From the NCBI GenBank assembly GCA_016839765.1, contig JAEOTP010000007.1, positions 32,001 to 96,000 of the forward strand: a DNA stretch of 64,000 nucleotides. Reading direction: 5' to 3'. Under the pieces are notes generated by a model. It was not told the origin of the DNA and ran no database searches. It saw only the letters and a program-made list of their open reading frames with translations. Each line of letters starts with the position of its first letter. The first letter of the stretch is position 1. Shown piece by piece: positions 1 to 8,483 of this stretch. The stretch is from Promethearchaeota archaeon (GTDB lineage Archaea > Asgardarchaeota > Lokiarchaeia > Sigyniarchaeales > SOKP01). A program made the position numbers and the translations under genes.

Positions 1-157
1 TATGACCATAAACACTAAGCAAGCTTGCACTTGAAGTTTGTTTATAAGGAATTGCTAGTGCAACAGCTCCGATATGAGGTTTATTTCCTCCCGTCAGCAT
101 GAGAACTAAGTCATCTCCCATTTCAAAAGAATTTAAATCGACTTTCCATTTATTCAA
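1..157 (-). CDS. LpdD-like prenylated-flavin (prFMN) chaperone, runs off the window edge (3' partial)
   Basis: Not in the ORF track. TTG at 157 follows GAGGTG and overlaps the ubiX stop. Reads MNKWKVDLNSFEMGDDLVLMLTGGNKPHIGAVALAIPYKQTSSASLLSVYGH; the GGxxPHIGAVA...GH motif is LpdD-like. Directly downstream of ubiX. Confidence 0.7.
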   Translation of the reverse strand, partial: MNKWKVDLNSFEMGDDLVLMLTGGNKPHIGAVALAIPYKQTSSASLLSVYGH

Positions 158-701
158 CTCCCCACCTCTTTATATCACTTTCTATACCAATTTGATCAAG
201 AATCCGCCCTACTGTATATTCGATAAGTTCTTCAACAGATCTTGGTTTGATATAGTAAGAGGGAACTGGAGGGGCTATTACTACTCCTAATTTGGCGAGT
301 TTGAGCATATTTTCAAGATGAATCGCGCTTAAAGGGCTTTCTCTTACTATTAAAATTAATTTTCTCTTTTCTTTAATATTGACATCAGCAGCTCTGGTAA
401 TTAAGTTGTTAGCGTAACCATGAGCAATGGCTGCTAATGTTTTCATAGTACAAGGTACAATAATCATAGCATCAAGTTTATGGGAACCACTTGCAGGAGG
501 AGCTTCTAAATCATTTACATCATAGGTTTTAGAAGCCAGATCAATAATATCTGAAATACTTAGTTCTGTTTCAGTATTTAATACTAATTCTGCAGCTTTT
601 GATATGATTAATTCTGTTGAAATTTTTTTTTCTTTTAGGACCTTTAATAATTTAATAGCAATCAAAACCCCTGTAGCACCTGTAATTGCAACAAGAATCA
701 T
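150..701 (-). CDS. ubiX: Flavin prenyltransferase UbiX
   Basis: ITGATG, PPASGS, PCTMKTLAAIAHG, RAADV and RESPL motifs. Confidence 0.95.
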   Translation of the reverse strand: MILVAITGATGVLIAIKLLKVLKEKKISTELIISKAAELVLNTETELSISDIIDLASKTYDVNDLEAPPASGSHKLDAMIIVPCTMKTLAAIAHGYANNLITRAADVNIKEKRKLILIVRESPLSAIHLENMLKLAKLGVVIAPPVPSYYIKPRSVEELIEYTVGRILDQIGIESDIKRWGVE

Positions 702-901
702 TACTAATCACTAAAATTTTTACATTAACTTTTTCTTAATAATAATAGGTATTTAGGGATAATAATTATTTTATGTAAATATTTCAAAATTTATTTTCGC
801 AGCAATTTCTTATAGAAAGAAAATAAATTCACATTAAAAAACTCTATAACTATTAAATATAATATATTATTTAAATTAGCAAAAAAATTGGTTGTGATAA
901 A

Positions 902-2182
902 ATGAGTAAATTCCATTCTGATATCTCAGGTTTTTATAAACTATCCTTAAGAGAACGGCAAAAAACTCTTTCTGAGCTTGTTAATCTTGATGATGAAGAG
1001 GTCAAATTACTTAAAAATTTTGGATATTTCAAAGAGACACAAATTGATACTTTAATTGAAAACGTTGTTGGATCTTATCAATTACCCATTGGGATTGCGT
1101 GTAATTTTAGAATTAATAACAAGGATTACTTGATTCCTATGGTAATAGAGGAACCTTCCGTTGTTGCAGCAGCTTCAAACGCAGCAAGAATTGCTCGAAA
1201 ACATGGAGGATTTTTTTCAGAAAAAGTAGATTCAATTATGATATCTCAAATCCAAATAACCAATCTTACTGATGTTGAACAAGCTAAAAAAATTTTGTTA
1301 GAGAATAAAAAGAATATATTGAAGATTGCTAATGACCAAGATCCAATCTTAGTAAAACTTGGTGGAGGAGCATATGATTTTGAACTCAGAGATATTTATA
1401 CAAGAAAAGGTGTTATGTTAATAATTCATTTATTAGTCAATGTTTTAGATGCTATGGGTGCTAATGTAGTCAATACTATGGCTGAGTCTGTTACGCCTTA
1501 TATCGAGGAGTTATGTGAGGGTAAAGTTAATCTACGAATCGTATCAAATTTAGCCATTCATAGACTGGCAAAATGTAAAGCTAAATTTGACAAAGTCTTA
1601 TTAGGTGGAGAAGAAGTTGTAAAAGGTATAGTTAATGCATATGAATTTGCCCTTGCTGATCCATATCGTGCCACAACTCATAATAAAGGAATAATGAATG
1701 GAATAACTGCTCTAACTTTAGCAACTGGGAATGATACACGAGCTATAGAATCTGGAGCTCATGCTTATGCTTCATTAAAAGGTAATTATTCTCCATTGAC
1801 TAATTTTGAAGTTGATGCAGAAGGAAATTTAATAGGTGAAATTAAGATTCCACTTGCTTTAGGAATTATTGGCGGGATGACAAAATTACATCCAATGGCG
1901 CGATTAAATCTAAAAATTCTAGGTGTAAAATCAGCTGCAGAGTTATCTCAAGTTGCAGCTGCAGTAGGACTAGCTCAAAACGTTGCAGCATTAAGAGCTT
2001 TAGCGGCTGAAGGTATTCAGAGAGGTCATATGGCACTTCATTCTCGTAATATTGCAAAATTAGCTGGAGTGCCTGAGAATCTTATTGATCAAGTAGCAAA
2101 AAAATTAGTTAAAGATAACAAAATTAGGATTGATTATGCTAAAGAAATATTACAAAAAATTATCGATAAGAAAAACCTTTAG
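902..2182 (+). CDS. mvaA: HMG-CoA reductase, class II (NAD-dependent type)
   Basis: IENVVG, EEPSVVAAAS, DAMGAN, THNKGIMNG, GNDTRA and GIQRGHMALH motifs. Confidence 0.93.
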   Translation: MSKFHSDISGFYKLSLRERQKTLSELVNLDDEEVKLLKNFGYFKETQIDTLIENVVGSYQLPIGIACNFRINNKDYLIPMVIEEPSVVAAASNAARIARKHGGFFSEKVDSIMISQIQITNLTDVEQAKKILLENKKNILKIANDQDPILVKLGGGAYDFELRDIYTRKGVMLIIHLLVNVLDAMGANVVNTMAESVTPYIEELCEGKVNLRIVSNLAIHRLAKCKAKFDKVLLGGEEVVKGIVNAYEFALADPYRATTHNKGIMNGITALTLATGNDTRAIESGAHAYASLKGNYSPLTNFEVDAEGNLIGEIKIPLALGIIGGMTKLHPMARLNLKILGVKSAAELSQVAAAVGLAQNVAALRALAAEGIQRGHMALHSRNIAKLAGVPENLIDQVAKKLVKDNKIRIDYAKEILQKIIDKKNL

Positions 2183-2263
2183 TTTTATAAAAAGTGGTTC
2201 ATAAACTTCTCTAGTTAAAACCTTTATTATTCGTAATACTATCATTATAAAAAATGATTTGAG

Positions 2264-3574
2264 TTGATAAATTTGGGATTTAGACAATATTTAAATAAAA
2301 TTGAAGAAAGCGGACTTCTTAAAAAAATAGATGTTGATGTTTCAAAGAAATTAGAGATTTCAGGTATTTTAAAAGAATTAGAGCCAACCCCCGTATTGTT
2401 TAATAATGTCAATGAATCTGAGTTCCGAGTAGTTGGCAATATGTTTTGTACTAAAAATGTAATTGCTTCATATTTCGGTGTGACTCCAGCAGATCTTATT
2501 CCTATGCTTTCTAAAGCGATTAAAGAAAGAAAAGAACCTGAGGTTATATCAAAGGCCCCCTGCCAAGAAGTAGTCGAATCAAATGTAGATTTAGATAAAG
2601 TTCCAATATTATTCCACTGTGAAAAGGATGGGGGGAATTATATAAGCTCAGCTGTAGTTGTCACTAAGGATCCTGATTATGGGCAAAATTTGGATTTTCA
2701 TAGAGCTATGCAGATTTCTAAAGAAAAATTTACGACTAGAATAGTAAAAGGACGTCACTTTTACAAATTTTTAGAAAAGAATGGTGAATTGGACGTAGCT
2801 TTTTGTATAGGGAATTCTCCAAATATTCTTATTGCTGGAGCTACTTCTGTTGATATTGGGGTAGATGAATTGACAATTGCTAATGCATTAGAACCAATTA
2901 AACTTGTTAAGGCAAATTCTGTTGATTTATTAATTCCTGCAGAAACTGAATTTGTTTTAGAGGGACGAGTATTTTCGGAAGAAAGATATGCTGAGGGACC
3001 TTTTGTTGATTTAACTGAAACATATGATGTAGTGAGAGATGAACCTGTTTTTGAAGTTAAGAAAATCACACATAGAAAAGATGCAATTTGGCAAGCATTA
3101 TTACCAGGTGCCCTAGAGCATAAGATTTTAATGGGAATGCCCCGTGAGCCAACCATTTTTAATAAAGTGAATGAATCAGGCGTAAAATGTCTAGATGTAA
3201 ACATTAATCCGGGAGGATGCTCATGGCTTCATGCCATTGTAAAAATTGACAAGTCTTCAGAAGAGGATGGTAAAAAAGCAATTTATGGCGCTTTTGCTGG
3301 TCATAGTAGCTGTAAACATGTCTTTGTTGTAGATAAAGATATTGATATCTATGACCCATTATCCGTGGAATGGGCAATGGCAACTCGTTTTCAAGGAGAT
3401 TTAAGAATGGTAATTAAAGATAAAGAACCGGGTAGTAGTTTAGATCCAAGTGCTGAACCAGGCACAAAAATGACTACGAAAATTGGCTTTGATTTCACAA
3501 AACCACTTGTTACTAAGGGTAAGAGTTTTGACTTAGCCAAATTTCCTAAAGTTGACATAGATAAATATCTTTAA
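2264..3574 (+). CDS. UbiD-family decarboxylase, probable anhydromevalonate phosphate decarboxylase
   Basis: EGPFVD, VVDKDIDIYD, WAMATRFQ and GSSLDPS UbiD motifs; sits between HMGR and the AcnX genes. Confidence 0.88.
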   Translation: MINLGFRQYLNKIEESGLLKKIDVDVSKKLEISGILKELEPTPVLFNNVNESEFRVVGNMFCTKNVIASYFGVTPADLIPMLSKAIKERKEPEVISKAPCQEVVESNVDLDKVPILFHCEKDGGNYISSAVVVTKDPDYGQNLDFHRAMQISKEKFTTRIVKGRHFYKFLEKNGELDVAFCIGNSPNILIAGATSVDIGVDELTIANALEPIKLVKANSVDLLIPAETEFVLEGRVFSEERYAEGPFVDLTETYDVVRDEPVFEVKKITHRKDAIWQALLPGALEHKILMGMPREPTIFNKVNESGVKCLDVNINPGGCSWLHAIVKIDKSSEEDGKKAIYGAFAGHSSCKHVFVVDKDIDIYDPLSVEWAMATRFQGDLRMVIKDKEPGSSLDPSAEPGTKMTTKIGFDFTKPLVTKGKSFDLAKFPKVDIDKYL

Positions 3575-3592
3575 TTTTTGGAGGTAATGAAA

Positions 3593-4786
3593 ATGAAATT
3601 AACTTCTGAAGATCAAGATATGTTGGATGGTAAATATGGAAAGGCCACCCAAAAATCAATGGAAATTTTAACCATACTTGGTGAAATATTTGAAGCTGAA
3701 GATATGATTGATGTGGTGGGTGTTCAGATCGCAGGTGTGTCCTATGACAATCTTGGAGAAGCAGGATTGGAATTCTTAAGCGAGATGGCAGAAGATGGAA
3801 AGGTTAGAGTCTTAACTACATTAAATCCAGCAGGAATGGATCGTGAAAATTGGCGAGCATTGGGTATTGATGAAGAATTTGCTAAGAATCAAAATCGCGC
3901 TCTCGATGCTTTTGCTAAAATGGGGATAATTACAACCTGTTCTTGTACGCCTTACTTAATTGGTAATACGCCTCATTATGGTCAGCATCTTGCATGGGCT
4001 GAAAGTAGCGCGGTATGTTATGCTAATTCCGTTATTGGTGCTCGAAGTAATCGTGAAGGCGGCCCAAGTGCTCTAGCATCAGCTTTGACCGGAATAACAC
4101 CTAGATATGGGTATCATTTGGATAAAAATCGTCAAGGGGAAGTTTTAATTAAAGTTAACGCTCCAGTTAAAGGAACCGATGAATTTGGAGTTTTAGGAAA
4201 AATAATAGGTGATAAATTAGTTAAATTAGGCAAAAAAATACCATACATAACAGGTATCCCTTCTGCTTCAATTGAAGAACTCAAGTCATTTTGTGCTTCC
4301 GTTGCTACTTATGGTGGAACTGCACTATTCCACATGGAAAGAATAACTCCCGAATTCGATACATACCCTAAACCAAGCGATATCGTTTTTGACATTAATC
4401 AAAGCGATCTAGATAAAGCACGTGCTGAGCTTATAGATGATCATCTTGAAATTGATTTTGTAAGTATTGGCTGTCCTCACGCTTCAATACATGAAATTGC
4501 CACAATTGCAAAATTGTTAAAGGGAAAGAAAGTAAAGAAAGAATTTTGGATAACTACTGCTCGTCCAACCAAGAGAATTGCAGATGAAGTTGGTTATTCT
4601 AAAATAATTGAAATGGCAGGAGCAAAATTTGCAGCAGATACTTGCTGTGTTGTAGCCCCAATTAAAGGACGTTTCAAGGGTATAATGGTTGACTCCGCTA
4701 AAGCATGTTATTATGGTCGTGCAAAGAATAAATTTAAAGTAAAAATAGGAAAAATTGAAGAATGTGTTGAGGAGGCTACAAAATGA
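3593..4786 (+). CDS. Aconitase X catalytic subunit (phosphomevalonate dehydratase, large subunit)
   Basis: TCSCTPY, AWAESSAV, NSVIGARSNREGG, IGCPHAS and DTCCVV motifs; ATG at 3593 lies 7 nt after GGAGGT. Confidence 0.9.
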   Translation: MKLTSEDQDMLDGKYGKATQKSMEILTILGEIFEAEDMIDVVGVQIAGVSYDNLGEAGLEFLSEMAEDGKVRVLTTLNPAGMDRENWRALGIDEEFAKNQNRALDAFAKMGIITTCSCTPYLIGNTPHYGQHLAWAESSAVCYANSVIGARSNREGGPSALASALTGITPRYGYHLDKNRQGEVLIKVNAPVKGTDEFGVLGKIIGDKLVKLGKKIPYITGIPSASIEELKSFCASVATYGGTALFHMERITPEFDTYPKPSDIVFDINQSDLDKARAELIDDHLEIDFVSIGCPHASIHEIATIAKLLKGKKVKKEFWITTARPTKRIADEVGYSKIIEMAGAKFAADTCCVVAPIKGRFKGIMVDSAKACYYGRAKNKFKVKIGKIEECVEEATK

Positions 4787-5175
4787 AGCTAAATGGAAGA
4801 AAAATATATAAGGGGAAAACTAAAGGAAAAACAATAGTCACCAAAGACGGAATTTCGTTTTATGGAGGCATAGATCCCGATACTGGAATAGTTGTGGAAG
4901 TTGGACATGAATTAGAAGGCCAATCTGTTTCTGGTAAAATATTAGTATTTCCAACTGGAAAAGGTTCTACTGTGGGGTCTTATACTATGTATCGAATGAA
5001 GAAGAATAATACAGCTCCTCTAGCTATAATTAACGAAAAGATCGATACGATCATTGCAGTGGGATGTATAATAAGCGAAATTCCATGCGTGGATATGATC
5101 GATATTAACTTAATAAAAAATGAACAGGAAGTTGTTGTCAATGGTTCTGAAGGAACTGTTGAAATTATAGATTAA
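4783..5175 (+). CDS. Aconitase X swivel subunit (phosphomevalonate dehydratase, small subunit; DUF126)
   Basis: ISFYGGIDPDTG and GKGSTVGS motifs; 4-nt overlap with the large subunit. Confidence 0.9.
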   Translation: MKLNGRKIYKGKTKGKTIVTKDGISFYGGIDPDTGIVVEVGHELEGQSVSGKILVFPTGKGSTVGSYTMYRMKKNNTAPLAIINEKIDTIIAVGCIISEIPCVDMIDINLIKNEQEVVVNGSEGTVEIID

Positions 5176-5254
5176 TTAAAAAAAAAAAAATTTATATTTT
5201 TTTATAATAATTATTCAAGATAAATAACCAAATTATGTAGAGAAGGTGAAATTT

Positions 5255-6221
5255 TTGGGAACTGGAAAAGGGTATGGAAAGACTATTCTTTTTGGCGAAT
5301 TTTTCCTCCCAATTCGGGAATAAACGCTAACATTTTGTAGTTTATGGTCTTCCAGCAATCGCATCCGCTATCGGTTCTAAGACAATCGCTACTGTTAAAG
5401 CAGTCAATGGCGAAGGATGGACAGTAGATGACCAACGAATAGCAACACCAGGTTATAAGGATAAAAAATTTAAAGAGGCCCAACAAGCTATTATTAACGT
5501 TATTAAATACTTAAATATTGATATTATTAATAATAAACTTGAGATTACTTTTACAGGAGATTTAGTAGCAGCAAGTGGAGTGGGAGCTTCTGCAGCTCAA
5601 TGTACTTCTCTTGCTCGTGCACTCAGTGAGGAATTTAATCTTAATTTAGATGATGAAAAAATAAATGAAGCTGCTTATTCAGGTGAAATGGCATACCATG
5701 GAACTCCATCTGGCATCGATAATACCGCATCCACATATGGAGGATTAATTTGGTTTGTGAAAAGTTTAAGTGGAGGAAAAAACACCATTGATCGTCTCAA
5801 ATCTGCCGAAAAAATGCATTTAATTATAGCAAATACGGGCATAACTGCTTCTACTGCTGAGGTTGTTGCAGATGTTCGTAAATTGAGAGAAGAGAATCCA
5901 GAAAAGTTTAATAAAATATTCAATAAATATGAAAAAATCGCAAAAAATGCAAAAAATGCATTAATTAAAGGCGATAGGGATTCTGTTGGAAAATTAATGA
6001 ATCAAAATCATAAATTATTACAATTAATATCAGTTTCATCTGAGATTAATGACAAAATTGTCGATATTGCCTTAAATAATGGAGCAATAGGAGCAAAAAT
6101 GACTGGGACTGGTCGAGGGGGATTAGTAATAGCTTTAACCTTAGATGAAAATAATCAAAAAAGTGTTTCTGCTACTATCGAGAAGGAGGGTTTTTCAACA
6201 TGGAAAACAACTATTGGTTAA
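5255..6221 (+). CDS. mvk: Mevalonate kinase, split gene: join(5255..5299,5331..6221), 311 aa after removing a 31-nt insert
   Basis: TTG follows AGGTGA. Exon 1 reads MGTGKGYGKTILFGE and exon 2 reads HFVVYGLPAIASAIG...SGVGASAA...HGTPSGID...GAKMTGTGRGG (GHMP motifs). The ORF track shows only the part from 5580. Confidence 0.9.
5300..5330 (+). other. Candidate bulge-helix-bulge (archaeal-type) mRNA intron, 31 nt
   Basis: Central helix GGCG(5294-97)/CGCU(5325-28), 3-nt bulges AA|U (5298-5300) and AA|C (5329-31), inner UUU/AAA and a UCCC-AAUUC-GGGA hairpin. Cutting after bulge nt 2 rejoins GAA-CAU (Glu-His) in frame. Confidence 0.8.
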
Positions 6222-6290
6222 ATTATTATGTTTTAAATCTAAATCAAAATTACTTAAATCATTTATTTCATTTTTAGATGGGTATTAGAT

Positions 6291-8183
6291 GTGAAGAGAG
6301 ACAATACAATATACTTATTAAAATTAGGCGGTAGTTTACTAACTGATAAAAACGAACCTTCTTCATTAAGGGAAGATGTTATAAACAGAGCTATTGAACA
6401 GATTATAGAAAGTAATAAAAGAGTTGTTTTGATTCATGGCGGAGGTTCATTTGGTCACCCTATTGCAAAAAAATATCAATTATTTAAAGGATTAAACACA
6501 TCTATTAAAAATCAAGTATTAGGGCTTTCTAAAACTCATGAAATGATGAATCAACTTAATACAATAATAATAAACAAATTTTTAAAGAAGAATTACCCAG
6601 TTTTATCTATTTCACCTTCAGCAATATTTATTAAAAGATCTCAACAGTTTATACTTAATTCCATTGATCCAATTGAAATTTCATTGAAATTAGGGGTTTT
6701 ACCAATCCTCTATGGAGATATCATCCTAGAAAAAGATGGTTCCTTCTCAATAATATCTGGAGATGACATAATTTTAGAATTATGTAAGACCTTGAAGAAT
6801 TTTGAAATTGTTAAGGTTATTTTTGCTATTGAGAAAGACGGGATTTATGTAAAAGACGGAGATAGTATTGAATTTGCTTCACAAATTAATTTTGATGAAT
6901 TAAAAAGTGTAGAATTAGCTGATTTAGAGCATAAAATAGATGTGACCGGAGGAATTGGAAGAAAATTTGAAATTATAAAACAAATTGCTGAATTAAATAT
7001 TCCTGTTCAAGTTATTAATGGCTTAAAAAAAAATTATATCTTAAAATCTTTAAAAAACCAAAAGCTAGATTGCACAAATATTAGCTTATCTAAGGAAAAA
7101 GATGATATTCAAGCAATTCATACCAGAAAATTAGAACATTTAACAATCCCATTAGATTATAATGTACAATCCACTAAAAATTATTTTGACGAAATTATAT
7201 TAATACATCATCCATTACCTGAAATAGAATTACATGATGTTGAATTAGGAACCCAATTTTTCAATAAAAGTGTTTCCGCTCCTATTTGTATTGCAGCTAT
7301 AACTGGTGGCCATCCAATATCTAAAAAAATTAATAAAATATTAGCAGAAGCTGCTGAATCAGAAAATATAATAATGAGTGTTGGAAGTCAACGTATAGCA
7401 TTAGAGGATCAAACCGCTGTTGAATCCTTTCAAATCGTTCGAGAATGCGCTCCAAATATTCCTATTATTGGAAATCTTGGAATAGGACAAATAAGTTCTA
7501 ATGATTTTCAATTAGAAGAATTTCAAAAATGCATTGAAATGATAAATGCTGATATTATGGCAATTCATTTCAATGCTCTCCATGAATTAGTACAAAAAGA
7601 TGGTAATATTTATTATACAGCTTTTTCTGATAACTTTAAAACAGTAAGGGAAAGGTTTAAGATTCCCATAATTGCTAAAGAAGTTGGAACAGGCTTTAAC
7701 CGTGATCTAGCCTTACAGCTTGACCTTTTGGGTTTTGATGGATTTGACGTAGGAGGAATGGGAGGCACAAATTTTACTAGTATAGAATCAATTAGAGATA
7801 ATGATAATAATGAAAATTATACAAGAAAACTTGCTGATACACTAAAAAATTGGGGGATACCAACTCCAATTAGTATTTTAAATGTCAGAAGTACATCAAA
7901 AAAGCCTATCATTGCAACGGGAGGGTTAAGGACGGGACTTGATATTGCAAAAAGTATAGTTTTAGGAGCGGATATAGGAGGTTTTGCCTACAAATTCCTT
8001 AAATCTGCTTGGAAAGATTATAAACAAGAAACAATAACCAATACAATAAATGAAATTCGAACATTAAAACACGAATTACTGTCAGTAATGTGGTTATTAA
8101 ATATAGATAAAATTGAAAATCTTAAAAGTAAAAGAGAAAAAAGTATCCTCTTAGGAGATATGTATAAATGGGCTAACCAATAA
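6291..8183 (+). CDS. Isopentenyl phosphate kinase fused to type 2 isopentenyl-diphosphate isomerase
   Basis: N-half: KLGGSLLTDK, HGGGSFGH, ISGDD, DVTGG (IPK). C-half: RKLEH, ITGG, VGSQR, KEVGTG, GGTNF, WGIPT, TGGLRTG (IDI-2/Fni). Confidence 0.9.
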   Translation: MKRDNTIYLLKLGGSLLTDKNEPSSLREDVINRAIEQIIESNKRVVLIHGGGSFGHPIAKKYQLFKGLNTSIKNQVLGLSKTHEMMNQLNTIIINKFLKKNYPVLSISPSAIFIKRSQQFILNSIDPIEISLKLGVLPILYGDIILEKDGSFSIISGDDIILELCKTLKNFEIVKVIFAIEKDGIYVKDGDSIEFASQINFDELKSVELADLEHKIDVTGGIGRKFEIIKQIAELNIPVQVINGLKKNYILKSLKNQKLDCTNISLSKEKDDIQAIHTRKLEHLTIPLDYNVQSTKNYFDEIILIHHPLPEIELHDVELGTQFFNKSVSAPICIAAITGGHPISKKINKILAEAAESENIIMSVGSQRIALEDQTAVESFQIVRECAPNIPIIGNLGIGQISSNDFQLEEFQKCIEMINADIMAIHFNALHELVQKDGNIYYTAFSDNFKTVRERFKIPIIAKEVGTGFNRDLALQLDLLGFDGFDVGGMGGTNFTSIESIRDNDNNENYTRKLADTLKNWGIPTPISILNVRSTSKKPIIATGGLRTGLDIAKSIVLGADIGGFAYKFLKSAWKDYKQETITNTINEIRTLKHELLSVMWLLNIDKIENLKSKREKSILLGDMYKWANQ

Positions 8184-8196
8184 GAGAACTTATATT

Positions 8197-8445
8197 TTAT
8201 CTAAACTTTTTCCGTTCTCTTATTTCATTGATTAATTTTTTAACATATAAATCAAATTCTTCTTCAGTAACTTCTTCACTTTCAGGTGAATGTTTAAAAA
8301 ATTTGCTTAAATAGCTTAAATCTCTTTTAAAATCACCTGATTCCCAATCAAAAGCTAAAATGTCAATGCCTCCATCTGGTGTAGGTATGAATTTCACAGG
8401 TCTTCTGCCAAATATCATAAATAATGGGAGTTTAAACCCAGTCAC
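8197..8445 (-). CDS. Hypothetical protein (82 aa)
   Basis: GTG start after GAGGT; protein-like composition; fills the gap downstream of the CDF gene. Confidence 0.65.
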   Translation of the reverse strand: MTGFKLPLFMIFGRRPVKFIPTPDGGIDILAFDWESGDFKRDLSYLSKFFKHSPESEEVTEEEFDLYVKKLINEIRERKKFR

Positions 8446-8483
8446 TTATTTCTACCTCTAATGAGATAATAGAATATTTAAAT

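Noticed and set aside
5297-5333. Programmed frameshift or single-base sequencing error as the explanation for split mvk
   Set aside because: Both relevant frames contain TAA within the insert, and the motif needs exactly 31 nt removed, so a 1-nt indel cannot restore GEH.
5283-5486. 67-aa minus-strand ORF over the mvk 5' region
   Set aside because: Antisense shadow of mevalonate kinase; no recognisable motifs.
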